A DNA stretch of 48,154 bases from Perkinsus olseni. Its lineage: Eukaryota. The translations under genes were made by a program, and so were the position numbers. Below the pieces are notes generated by a model that saw only the letters and a list, made by a program, of their open reading frames with translations, made no database searches and was not told where the DNA came from. The stretch is taken from the NCBI GenBank assembly GCA_013115125.1, contig JABANN010000243.1:1-48154 (forward strand), read 5' to 3'. The number at the start of each line of letters is the position of its first letter. Position 1 is the first letter of the stretch. This document shows, one piece after another, positions 10,843 to 23,304 of the stretch.

Positions 10843-12773
10843 ATGCCCCTCGCCCCATGCGGTTTATTCACGAGGAGTCGGTGGCCCCCACTGCAGAGAC
10901 TGTTCAGTACGGTTGCAGCTACGCAACGGATACAGAGAGGAAGCTCGTGAGCGCTTATCGATACTGCTGCTCCGTACTAACTGTTCTCCGTGAAGGCCGA
11001 CTCAGTCCATACCCCTGCAATGGATGAAGTATTGCCCTGAATGCGCCAAGGAGACCAGTAGTATGCCCGAGAGGGGCGCCACCAACGGTAAGGAAGTACC
11101 AAGATAGTTGGGCTACACTCCAGTAGTACTCCACCATCTAGCGTGAATGTTACAAACTTGTCGAGAATGGATCGCCATCTTAATTCCAGTCCCCGAAGGC
11201 CCAAGTCTATCGTTCCTCAGACTAGTGTTGATGGACCTCCAGCAACGTTCGGCGCTGATTTTTTTGAGCCTGAGTGACATATAATTCGCCTATGACTCGC
11301 TGCGTCCTCCAAGGGACCCGTATTGTGTGTTCGTGGCCCACGAGTCTCCCCTTTCAGTACACTATTCTCTATGGAAGCGAACCTTGGCGGAAGCTGGAGC
11401 CCTGCTGGAGTCAAGCCGGATGCTTGAAGAGGAGAAGATACCTAGCCGTCGCATCTTCGACATTTGCGATTTGACCTACGTAAGGTTTGTCTGTTGTACG
11501 ATAGGGTAGCGGGAGTACGTTCGCGGCGTAGCTTGAGAATGGGGCCGTTCATCAACTGAGTTAAGCTCCAGCGCGATCCTTCGTTTCCGAGTGCCACCAT
11601 GCAATTGGCGAAGTTCCAGAAGTTCTTCCCGACGCGACTAAACTGCGCAAGAGTCTTCGATTCTGGCGAGCTTATAATGAAATAGGCCGTTAGTGTCTGT
11701 CTGATTCTCCGTGTAGATTCCGGTCCGTACGAATGCGCTTGCGTAACGGTAATGTCAGCTTGAGGATAGGTCTTTCATCTCTTGTACTTGTTGCAGGCCT
11801 TCGCTGTTTGTGCCGAAAAAAATCTACCCAAACGGAAACGTGAAGAGCTTGTCAAAGGAGGCGTTCCAGCGAGGTAACCTGTCCCGAAACGACTGCATAT
11901 AGCGGTAGAAGTGTTGCCCGAGATCGAAGGAAAGCTCCGTCTCAGTCGCACTGTTTTGAGCAGGAATGTTTCTAGCGGCACTATCACAGCCGATTCTTCC
12001 CTGTAGGCTCTTGACCTACTTTATAGAAGATCCAGAACGATTTACGAAGTTGACAGTGGTGCAGCTGGGCCGGCTTGTTTGGAGTGCGGCCGTCTTGGGC
12101 TTGCTGGGTAAAAACGAAGCAGCCAAAGCAATGTGAGTTCTCCCCTCCCCCGCGGGCGCGAACCCCGTGTAGTGAGGGTAATAGGAGGTTCATGACGCGA
12201 AAAAGCCTTACTCAGTCAGTGCGGCAGAAATCTCTAGGGTATGAGGCTGGTGGAAGTGAGCTCTTAAGTCTCTTTCATGTCTTCAGAACCGAGACATTGA
12301 GGAAAGACGAACGGTATAAGGAACTATCTGGTAGAAATCTGGTACGTGTTGCAGAGGCCCTGAAAGGAGTCAGCCAAGCTCATCCGGGGAGGAGGCATTT
12401 GGTGAGCTCGAATATCGTACAGTGTTGCGCTGGAAGTGATGCGGAACTCAACTTCAGGGCGACAGGATAATGGGCCAGGTCCTCCGTCAAAGGAGTGACC
12501 TACAGAAAATGGGACTTCTCGTTGAAGGCCTTCGAGCGGCAGGTAGGGGAGCGTGCCCTACAGCGGCATCGGAGGTGTTGATCAGGTCAACTCACCGTTG
12601 TGAACTCGGTCACCCAGCACAAGCTGGTGGACTTGTTCCTCAAGGTCATCATACCAGAAGCGGGTACGGAACCTCCTTTGAGCTGCGTGGTGAGACCCAC
12701 GAATTACCTGTTATAACAGGTTGTTCGTGGATCTTCCATTTGCCTTGAGCAATTCTGGGTATGGTTGAAATAA
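10843..12773 (+). CDS. Multi-exon hypothetical protein, possibly an organelle-targeted helical-repeat (HPR/OPR-like) RNA-binding protein
   Basis: N-terminus MPLAPCGLFTRSRWPPLQRLFSTVAATQR (Arg/Ser-rich, no acidic residues). Internal exons LTVVQLGRLVWSAAVLGLL and LSGRNLVRVAEALKGV resemble OPR/HPR helices. The full exon chain was not resolved. Confidence 0.45.
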
Positions 12774-13857
12774 CAACCATTATCACCGACCCGTTGCCTC
12801 CATTCGTTCTCTGACGCTAGCGGCTAGAATGTGCTCTCAGCTAGGATACTTGTATTAGGTACTGCTGAGCTCCTGGTGATACCAGGATGTTTGGACTCGA
12901 TAAAGCTGGCGGACGATGTGGTAGGCAACAGGGAAATAACAAAAACAAAAATCGGCAACTGGAAAAACCGCAAAATCTAGTGGAGTGCCGTTCTCTTGCC
13001 ATTTGCCCTCCGATCACCATCGGTAATTTTGAACGACTATTTGCAGTACGATCCACGGTACAGTGAAATCCATGTGTCGCCGGCTGAGTGGGTCGTCTGA
13101 CAAAGAAGTAGCTTGTGACTGTCATGTGCTGAGCAAGTGAGCTCACCCGCAAGTTGCCTTCGGAACATCGATGAGCATAGTTTCCTGTCAAGTTCCTCAT
13201 CAGCGTCTGCTCCCAGGTAGATCATAAACTTCAGTCGCTTATGGCATGAAGTTGGTGGCCCGTAGAATACGATGTTCTAGACGTCCCGGTTGCGTCCTAG
13301 CGGAATCGATAGTGGCGCTCTGAGCAGGTCTTTGAAGAGTGGACCAATCGCTTCGTCTCCGCGCTCACCGATGCACACAGTGACTCTTTTCTGGCGGATG
13401 AGATTGGCGAGGCTGCTTTCGGCGAAACTTTACGGTCACTCTCCCGCCTTCAAGTTGGACCGCCCGGGCTGACAAGCGGTGAGAAGGGGGAGGACGATAG
13501 ATTTGCTTAATGCCCGTTGATTCATGGTTGCTTCACTTTTTTCACGTTGGTCGTGTAAGAATCCTCGAATCTCTTAAGCTCAGTCTGTGAAAGACTTCCT
13601 GGCCAGCAATGTTCTAACATCATGAGCACCACTCTGCTGCATATATCGTCACTCATCTTGTAGTACCGCGTGTTTCAACGCATGAACAACGACAGCGTTT
13701 CTTTGCTGTGCGATTGGATGATGTCACAATGCCTGTGCATGCTCACACTTTTGTTCTACGCGTTTCTAGTATTTCTAAGATTCTCTCCGCTAACAATATT
13801 GTAGCAAGAATCGCTGTGCTCTAAGCGCACCAGTATACCTTGTTGTGGTTTCTTCAG

Positions 13858-16100
13858 GTGCTTTGGGCATCTTGGTAGATCGAATGTCCACTTTCATTCA
13901 AGGCGGAGATGATGGGCATGGTAACCGCTGTATATTGAGCGACAGCTCGCGCCAATTCATCGCTATCAGCATCTTCACTATCAACTCGTGCGCTGACAGC
14001 CATTATTTGTGCCTTCCGCTCCCTCGGCCATCTCGACGTCGGTGACAACCCCTGTCAGGGTATGGGACAGAAGGAGATACAGGAGAATTCAGCTAAGGTT
14101 AGTCATGGACCGCATAGCAATACTCAGTTGTCATGCACAATCTCCTCCTGTGGCGTTGTCATGATTCATGAGTCTCGTGAAGTAGCAGTTCCAATTCGGC
14201 GGGAGCATTCAGCTAGCCGGTCTTGAAACGAGTATAGTAGGCTTCTTCCCGGTGGCCAGTGCATCAATTATGATTTTTTACTAAAAATTTCCTGGTTCGA
14301 ACCCTGAGCATAGGGGGACTTTCCTCGCCGAATAAAGTCATGTGGAGAGTCATTCCTTTGGCTAATTGTCCCATCTGCGGAGCGGGCGAATATTCACATC
14401 ACCAACCTCATCCGTCTCTGCTTTCAGTTCACGAAGCTTCTCACTCTGTGCTACGGTGCTCTGGAGGTCCCCACGTTGTCAAGCGACCAGCTTTTGCAGC
14501 TTGTGAGCCGGACTGCGAGCATCCATACCGGTACATGATCAACCTGCAGCGGCTCCGATCGAGCTTTCTACTCTCAGATGAGCGGGGACTGCTGCGGGGT
14601 GTGAGGATACCGAAAGAGCATCTCGATCGATTGAGAGACGAAATTATGGAGGTCTCGATGGAAACCGCGTACGCTAACACGGCCCTCATTCACAAGTCCC
14701 TCACGGGAGTGGATTGTGAATCACAACTTCACAACTATGACGACAGGAAAAGTTACATCCTCTGCTATACGTTATTCGTCCTCGATATGCGGCGGTAACG
14801 AGAGCAGACTACTACTCTGCGAGTACTTTGAGAGTAGCCCGCCCTTATCGTGATTCATTTTCACGCTGATCCTCTCCCGCTTCGCCTCCGACGTGATTGA
14901 GAAGCTCCTCAGACAGCTGGGGTTTTTCCCCTGTTAACTAGATACTCTCCCGAGGATCTGCTCACGTTATTGAAGACCTACCATCTTCTGGGTTGGGATA
15001 AGAGCAGAGTTTGCGAAGCGATTGCCGCGGAAGGTGGGCTCAGCCCCTCGATCTTGGTGCGGAGTTTGCCGTACCTGCGACTGGACGGAAGTCATTCGTC
15101 TGAGGCTGAAATCTATCGGAAAGCGCGTAAGTTACGGAGGGTTACAGCTGTGTCGGCATGTACCCTCTCCTGGGCAAGAGTATTCGACGGTGTTTCCTTC
15201 AGTTCGTTCTACGTCCGGACGAGAAGCAGCGCAATGTCTGGTGCAAGTGATGTCAATGGAGGGCGACATTCCTCGGCACCAAGATCCAGCTAAGCTCTTG
15301 CGTACGTTGTTCAAGTATCTCGTGGCTCTGCCATTAGACTTGGATTGGCACTTTTCAATGCCATGTTAGCACACCTTTACCTCCGTATCCCTTCCCTCTG
15401 TGGTTCGAAATCAGTTGGGATTGAAACATAATCCCCAATCCGCATGCTGAATCCATATCCAACAGCTCAATCTTCACTTTCAGGTGAAGTCCTCGATAAC
15501 GCTTTGTCTACGCTGGAGGTAGCACACTTGTCTATCACGCAGATCCTAGCAGCACTGATGAGCGGCGCATGCGACGGAACCAGACGGGAAGAGGTAGATG
15601 GGAGAGTTCTTTTGATCAAAACGTGCCATCCTGGGGCTACCAACGCCCGGATTGGGTTCATATTCAGATTCTATCTGAGCTCGCCGGGAGAGTGCCGAGG
15701 GTAACTATTGTGCAAATCGAGCGGTTGTCCTACGATTTCCATGACCATGCTATGAACCATGTCGAACCAGCGTTTCGCGTTGAGATGGTAAGGTTATCTA
15801 TCGCCACCCGCTAGGATGGGACGCTACCGCTGGTGTCACTGTACTCTCGAGTCAGTGACTGTAGTCGAGTGAATCTGTCGACCGTATGTGGCTCGATATA
15901 GACCTATGAACTGCCAGATAGTGATCCGGGCAGCGTCATGATTCAACTCCGACGTGACATATCTCCTTTGTGCTCTACCAATTTTATGTTCTGTCTCTTT
16001 TCAGAGCCGTCGCTTTCGAGAGTTCGCTGCTTCATGTCCAAACCACGGAGTAGCATCGGCATGGCGAGATGCAGCTTACCACTTGAGCCATGAGTCCTAA
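13858..16100 (+). CDS. Multi-exon hypothetical protein
   Basis: Series of GT-AG bounded open segments, e.g. DERGLLRGVRIPKEHLDRLRDEIMEVSMETA, VMSMEGDIPRHQDPAKLLRTLFKYL, GEVLDNALSTLEVAHLSITQILAALMSG, ILSELAGRVPRVTIVQIERLSYDF. No domain recognised; limits approximate. Confidence 0.45.
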
Positions 16101-17809
16101 TTGCATGCAAAGTTTCAGCACTCTGTTTCAATAGTATGCCTGGTATGTGTTGTACGATTCGCATCTCGGTGGGAGTCGCTGGTACCTTGGACCTGTTAAT
16201 CGCGAAATGGCGTTAGCCACAGAATAATAATCGCGAAAACCGCGGAGAGATAATCGACTTTGTCACCTGTTTTATTAATGTTAATACTCATTTTTTCGAG
16301 AGAACCTAACGCGTTTGTCGTGGTTTATCTTTTCCCACGCGATTTTCGCGAAGTGAAATGGGTGATGTGGTTTTCGCTAGCGATTTTCACTTCGCGGGTG
16401 CATCTCCCTTGTGATGATGTTGTAGTCACTGTAGCATTAAGAATACTCATCGATGCCGAGTCCGCTACGTTTGGGAATAGACAAAGCGTCCGTTGCGAAG
16501 GGTGGTTTCACGATTAATGAATCAAGAATGCAAGGCTTGCTAATATTGACCGTCCAGAACTTCGTTTAGCATCTCGAGATTACCTTGATCATTGGTTGCA
16601 CTCAGTATCTTGCCCTGGTCTGGTTATAGCGGATCTTTGCTGATGTTTTTTCTTGTCTAGGCTCCGCTGATTGCGGCGTGTATCGGCGTGGCCCTGCCCT
16701 GTCATCGCGGTCCGCGATTCGCGGAGATCGCGATCGGCATTGGCTCACGTTGATAGCGCCCTGAGAAAAACCTGCGTGTCTCGAGCAGTTGGAACTTCCA
16801 ACCTGGAAGGTTTTGCTTCCCTACTAGGAATCTCATGAATTATGAACTTAGCATAAATTTTACAACGTATAATTCAATCTCCTTGCCTAGAGACCCCGCT
16901 GATGCCTGTATTTATTGTGCATGGATATGCGGAGCTGCGCTTCTTGTCTTGTCATAGAGAAAGGTGGAGAGGCAGTGACTCACTACTAGTGACAGTGGCA
17001 GTCGATCTGCTGGCCCACAGGGCATAATCGAACCGATTAAATCGGTATTGTCACCACACCTTGGTGCTGAATAACATTCTTGATATGCGTTTCGTGAGAA
17101 GCAGGGTTCGCAGGACAGTGTGTGCTACTGAGATTTTACCAAGTGCCTGAACTTGCAGGGTTGTGTGAATTCAGGAAATTCTAGCTGGCGCAAGTAAGAC
17201 TAATCTGGTATGTACCCGTACAGGGTCAATTTTACCGATACTACTCTTCCGCGAACGATAGACTTCCCTGGAAGACTTCCAGTGGAAGTCTATCAGCAGT
17301 GATTCACTGCCAGTGAGTGCGAGTGTGGGAATGAAGATCTCGTCAGGCCAGGCCGGCCAGTACATTAATCAGGAATCAACTTTCAAAATATCAATCCCTT
17401 TGCTGCTAGCAAGCTCTGCAACGATGCATTACTAACGCATCCCAAAAATACTCTCAATCAACACTGAGGTTGAATCTCACCTTGTGTCGCATTTCTGCTT
17501 CAGCCTGAAGCCTTCAGGCCGAAATAGACATTGACACAATAAAGATCCGCAAGGCTTGCGGTACAAGCTGCTGCTAGAGCGACCATTCGCTCTCTCTTTA
17601 GAGCTCGAGGGAGCTTCTTCCATTCTGAATCATTCTCGCTCCCTTTTATGTAACCGACAACTTGTCGGCGACAAGGCGGCTACATCGTAGGCTACGATTC
17701 GTATCCGCTACAAGCTCAAACCTGCAAAGGTATGGGCCTTGAATGACTCAATCTTCTGTGCATCCCCGTTCCGCACATCCCTTATGCATCGGGCTTCGCC
17801 GGTAATACC

Positions 17810-18260
17810 TCCGAGGTGTCAGTCAGATTGGCATTGTGGGCCCCCGGTACACGTTCTCAGCCATGACTGTTTGCCCTTTACGCGTCTTAAACGCGCCGCG
17901 TTTGTGTATTTCTACGTTGGAGACGGTGATGCTTTTCAACGGTGAAGACCGGAGCTCTCCAAGGACTGTCGGAGCTTTCCTGATCGCCCAGCAAGAGATG
18001 ATTCTCGCAGAGACTCTCTACGTGAGAGTTGGAGTCGGAGGTATCCGAACAATATCGCGTAATTATCGTCCATTCTATGGGAACCTTCGACAACTAGCCT
18101 AGTATACTAGCCTAAAGGTGTTTCAAAAGCTCGTGAGCACTTTTGAATACGCAGATATCAGTGCCACGGGAGAGTTTCGAGTCAAAATTTTTGGGGATTA
18201 TGGCCATTGGCCAGCATTCTCATCCAGCGGCTTGCCAAATCTCATCGAATTGTGTGGGAC
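17810..18260 (+). CDS. Possible exons of a hypothetical gene
   Basis: Open segments with plausible splice sites (LKRAAFVYFYVGDGDAFQ|RTVGAFLIAQQEMILAETLY; DISATGEFRVKIFGDYGHWPAF). No family assigned. Confidence 0.25.
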
Positions 18261-18926
18261 GTGCCCAATAATATGACCGTTCAACGCGCTCTCGGAAGAG
18301 GCTCGCTCAGACAATTTTAGTGAATTACTATGCCTGTATTGAAACTCATGACGTTTCCGGTCTCGGAACTATTCGCTGCCTGACGGGCCGTGGCCGTGCT
18401 ATGCCACGTTATGCGACCCACGTTCGGCACGTGTGAGTCTAGGCGTGGGAACCTCGTGAGAGAGTTACTTCCAGAGAGGAGATATGAATTATGTGAAGGG
18501 GCACTAATGCCATGGACATAAAGCAGCCGTGGACGACTGGTCGTCCATTGTTATGAGGTTGCCCTCCTCGAGAGAAAACCTCCGATATTGAGGCTGGAAG
18601 CCCCTGGCTATTCGCGTCCGTAAAGCACACTGTGCATGCGGGAAATTCAGCGTGCATCACCCTCTCATATCGCTGTGGCGTCCTTCCCAATCGTTTGGTC
18701 TGGGCAAATACCCCACTTTTGTTCGATGAGTCCCGGAAGAGTGCGAAGGGTTTTAGGCGTTTCCGAGGGTCGGACATGGGCGGCCCATGATGAATGTACC
18801 GATTGCATGGACACTTCTACTGCAACTCTGAATCAAAAGGTTTACTCGGGCGAGCAACAACAAACAATCATCCTGTCGAGAATGGCATTGATTGCTGATG
18901 ATGAGGGCTCATCCGGGAAGAGTCCC

Positions 18927-19772
18927 TCACGTTCGCTCGGGCGCGATTATGGTATAAAACAACTTGTCATCCACAGGGTAAGCTGTTATCGGCAGCTCCA
19001 TTTCTTGCGGTATCACATCCTGTGGTAACTTGTCGGCCGCCGGCGACTTGAAATCAAAGACATATCCATCCACACGAAGTGGTTGTCCTGAAATATCTTA
19101 GGTAGACTAGGAGTCCCCGGCACGATCCCGATCACTCACCGTTGTTGATCATGTCCACACTATTCACGTAAATGAAGCCTATCTTCTCGTACGCCCACTT
19201 GGCTGGGTCATTAGGAGGCCATACTGCCAAGTATGCTCCAGCGACTTGCGGCCACCCCTTCTTGATCTGGAAAACTATCGTTCTTGAATGTGAGGACTAG
19301 ACAACTTACCCAAGCAAGTAGCCTTGTAATCATATATGTTGCAATTCCGTTCCTCCGACAGTTTTTTGTCACATTAACATCGTGTATTTGGAGCAACGTT
19401 GGATACCTTGGTACGCTCACTAGAATGAATCCAAGTGTGGCGACCGTCAATTCAGTAGAATTAATAGAGGCGGCTTGAGCCTGAGATACGCAAGGATTAG
19501 TCCGTCGTGATTGGCAGGCAGCAGTCCCATGCAATGAACGACGTGAACCCGGCGTGATCTTTCACCTCTGTCATCTTAGCATAGATTTTCGTAGCCTCCA
19601 TTATGACACTGCTTTGATCTCCAAAAGTGCTAGGCAAGAATTCATAGTGGAGTTGGGCAGGGTCAATGTTTATATTCCTTGGTGTACTCTCGGGTTGTGC
19701 CCTTCGTAAACTAGAGACGATCCACGGCAGCAGCCCAGCGCATAGGAGACTAGGGACGCTAGGGCACAGCAT
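18927..19772 (-). CDS. GNAT acetyltransferase with N-terminal signal peptide, copy 1 (4 exons)
   Basis: MLCPSVPSLLCAGLLPWIVSS...|...LQIHDVNVTKNCRRNGIATYMITRLLAW|IKKGWPQVAGAYLAVWPPNDPAKWAYEKIGF...|GQPLRVDGYVFDFK...ERT*. Motif A (RRxGIA) and motif B (NxxAxxxYEKxGF). Confidence 0.85.
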
Positions 19773-20261
19773 GAAGGTAACAACAACTGCACAACTTTTG
19801 GAACTTGTTCACATTGTAGCTAGGGGTGTACCGAGATGGAAGTTGACTGGCGCGCGAAAAAGGGGCTAAAGTATCACCGCGACGCTTCGAGCGGAAACGA
19901 GGCTACTATGACCGCCACGAGTCGTAGCCCATGAGATGATGGCCTCCTCCGCTCGGCCGATTCGATCCGAATTCGACCACGTCGGGCGTTAATGAGTGGT
20001 CGATCGTTAATGAGTGGTCAATAAGGCTGATAACAGTAGCCCGACTACTGTACACAGTTCAGAGTAATAAGTGATACAATTATCAAACGGTTAACGTCAG
20101 AGTCGGGAAAAACGAGACGTTCCGCGATTGTCAGCACTTCATCATTTGCGTGCTTGCCAGGCAACAAACGTAACAATATCCGACAGATGCTGATCCAGCC
20201 CTCATCAACTCCCTGAATACCACGAAAAGTTGGCTGTATTCAAGCGTTCGTGGAGCGAGCT

Positions 20262-20847
20262 TACTTCCCCTCTATGAACGAACCTATTCTCTCGTACAGC
20301 CTCTTGGCCGGTTTATTGTCCTCCAAGACTCCAAGGTATGCGCCAGCGACTTGGGGCCATGCCCCTTTGATCTGGGCAGCGCTACCAGATCGGGAGTGAA
20401 AACGACTCAGGAAAGCTCACGTATGCAAGTAGCCGCTTGATCATTTCTGTTGCGATTCCTCTTTCCCTCCAGTCCAACTCTACACGAACAGCGAATATAT
20501 AGACCCACCTTTCATGCTGAGGTCTAGTCGCGAGACCATATCCAAGGGAGGCAGCCAGAATCTGAAACACTCATGGGCTTCTCTGTCAGGATTGAGGAGT
20601 GCCAGTGCAAAGTAATGGAGGATTGGAAGCCGCCTGGATATCTTACCTCGGCCTTCCTGGATATAGGGGCCAGGGCTTCGAATGTGCCAACACCGAATAG
20701 ACCCCCGACGCCCTCTCTGAATGTGGCCGGCTGAAACCGATATTCGAGCTGGGAAGCATTAAGTCTGGGTGTGTTGGGGTGGAGGCTTTTGATGGATAAG
20801 ACCATCCAGGGAAGCCACCCCGCGAATAAGAGATTCGGGAGTCTCAT
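20262..20847 (-). pseudogene. GNAT acetyltransferase copy 2, probable pseudogene
   Basis: Exons 1-3 closely match copy 3 (WRERGIATEMIKRLLAY|IKGAWPQVAGAYLGVLEDNKPAKRLYERIG). A 1-nt deletion changes GGC TTC (GF) to GGT TCG, and no homologue of the last exon follows. Confidence 0.7.
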
Positions 20848-22504
20848 ACGCACAAATTGTGCGGCACAATGGTGGCTCAGCAACTGCATGGACCACGCCA
20901 GAGAATGACGAGGAGACGAATGAGGAATAAACCAAGGTGCGCAGATCATCGTTGGCCTGACGGTCAGTAGTATTCCAGGGTACTTCGCATGATGCGAAGT
21001 ACTCTATAGTATTCGACCCAACCCAATAGTATCGATGCGAATCGCATCGATAGGCGGCCTATCATACGCCTATCATAGGGCCTCACCGCATGGAAGTCAA
21101 TCGGCACGCGAAAGACTGCAAAAGGTCGGGCGACAGCGATTCTGCTCCTTTCGCGCCGCGGAATCCGCTACGTCGGGCAGCTAGCGAGTAGCCGCTGTCC
21201 GCTAGAACTACGAGGAACCTCGAGGGGCTCATCCCTGGAAAGGAAGAGTCCTCGAGATTAGTCGCCCTCTGCAAGATTCCTCGTGAAGTTTTTGCGGTGA
21301 CACTCACTCGCACGCCGCAGGGCCTGCACAGTACAGGCCGCACTGGGAGTAGCACTGTTCGGGAGTTGCTCGTCACGAAGGCCTCCTGTCCATAGTTCAT
21401 AGAAGTGTGAGTAGCAGCTTTCCTCGCAGCAGCCTTCGCCCGTCTTGGAGATTTTCTAGTGGCATGTCTCTCAATCGGGGAGCAGCTTCCTAGGGTTCTC
21501 GTGCCGGCGTCAGAGGCTCTTGAGAAATCCAAATTTTCATATTTGTTTTGGGAGTTGTAGCAAGTTGCTGCTAGCAATGTCGATGTCCTGACTAGCCGCT
21601 ATTCAGGACATGAGTATCGCTAGCCAATAGCACGCTTCGTACCCTCCAAGACTTCATTCATCTGTATGCCGAGGTCTGGCCCTCAGTCTCGCCTTCATTC
21701 AGAAGACAGATTCGAAGATAGTCCGAGTGACGGAAACCCTTCATTGTCACACTCGACAGGCGGGGCGCTTGCCGAACAACATGGCTCGGGTCTAAGACCC
21801 GGGGTCTTGCGCTATTCATCAGTGAGCCTCCAGCGACGCAGTGGAGTTGTTTGAGCTGAGCCTTTCTACTTTCATCCTCGACTACACAGCTTTACCGTTC
21901 TCAACGCTCCCCAAGGATGTGATATCGCCCTATTGAATCTCTTGCCCCTCTGAGAAAGGATTGCTCAGAGAAGAAAACCTTACGTGATGCTAGGCCGTTC
22001 CGCAGTCCGAACGCAGAGCGAAATGATGTGGTAGTTTTTTCCTTCAAGCGGAAGAGTCGTCTTGCCCGACTTGAGCGTTGATGAGTGGTCAATCGTTGGG
22101 CTGATTACAATAGCACGGCTACCCTATGCGGTGTCACATAATTCCTCTCCCATTATCAGGTGAGTTCAGTGTTCAATGACCATATTTTCAGCATACCATG
22201 TTACAAAGTTAGCCGACTTTGCACTGATTTTCGCCGTCAGCTCTCAACCGGCTCGCGACGCGCAAATATTCTGCTTGGTCAATTTCTCGGCTTCTTTGTC
22301 CCATCTTTTGCTCACTCCAATCGTTCGCCAGCGAAGCGAAAAAGCGTGAAATATTTCCTCTGCGAGACCATTTCTCTGATACTCATTTCGCGTTGAACAC
22401 TAGTGATCCACCCAACACTGATGGAACTCCAGTCAGTAAACACCATCCTCATCACTATTCTCATGGCGGGAATCACAGCGCTCGGAATGCCAGAAAATTG
22501 GAAG

Positions 22505-23304
22505 CTACTTATTTCCTCTCATGGGTAAACAGAACATCGAAAAGACGTTCCCCCACAACATCGTTTGTCATGGGCAGAGGCACTACTTGCTGAATTAAAT
22601 TCTTCGGCAAATTAGCAGCCGATGACGAATTGAAATGATAGATGTATCCAAGCATCAACGAAGGAATCTCAGGGATATATACCTAACGGGAATCCGGTGG
22701 CACCGAGCATTCCCTGACTTCTAGAACTTGCAAGGCAAGCTTACTTCCCCTTCATGAACGAAGCCTATTCTCTTATATACACTCTTGGCGCGCCCGTTCA
22801 ATGGCAAGACCCCAAGGTATGCACCAGCGACTTGGGGCCATGCCTCTTTGATCTGAGCACCAGATCGAGAGTGGAAACGACTCAGGAAAGCTCACGTATG
22901 CAAGTAGCTGCTTGATCATCTCTGTTGCGATTCCTCTTTCCCTCCACTTCGTCTCTACAATAACAGCGAATATGTAGACCCACCTTTCATGCTGTGGTCT
23001 AGTCACGAGACCATATCCAAGGGAGGCAACCACTACCTGAAATACTCATGGACTCATCTGCTAGGCTTGACGAGCGACAATGCAACGTAGTGAAGGGTTG
23101 GAAGCCGCCTGGATATATCACATTTGCCTTCCTCGATATAGGAGCCAGGGCTTCGAGGATGCCTCTGTCAGCCCCAACTATGGCAGGCAAGAACCGATAT
23201 TCAAGCTGGGAAGCGTTCAGACTAGGACTGTTGGGGTTGAGGCTTCTTATGGACTGGGCAATCCACGGAAGCAACCCCACCAGAAGCAGGTTAGGGAGTT
23301 TCAT
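22505..23304 (-). CDS. GNAT acetyltransferase with N-terminal signal peptide, copy 3 (4 exons, intact)
   Basis: MKLPNLLLVGLLPWIAQSIRS...|VVVASLGYG...WRERGIATEMIKQLLAY|IKEAWPQVAGAYLGVLPLNGRAKSVYKRIGFVHEGE|VYIPEIPSLMLGYIYHFNSSSAANLPKNL...RGNK*. The last exon is homologous to that of copy 1. Confidence 0.85.

Noticed and set aside
12841-13480. Possible minus-strand spliced gene fragment
   Set aside because: Plausible GT/AG sites, but no start, no domain and conflicting frames.
14270-14310. U5-like ttttactaaaaatttcc followed by a B-box-like ggttcgaaccc
   Set aside because: The invariant U5 loop GCCTTTTAC and the Sm site are missing, and no tRNA cloverleaf forms.
21083-21577. 164-aa minus-strand ORF between GNAT copies
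   Set aside because: No recognisable domain and no consistent exon chain; it may hide gene fragments but cannot be called.
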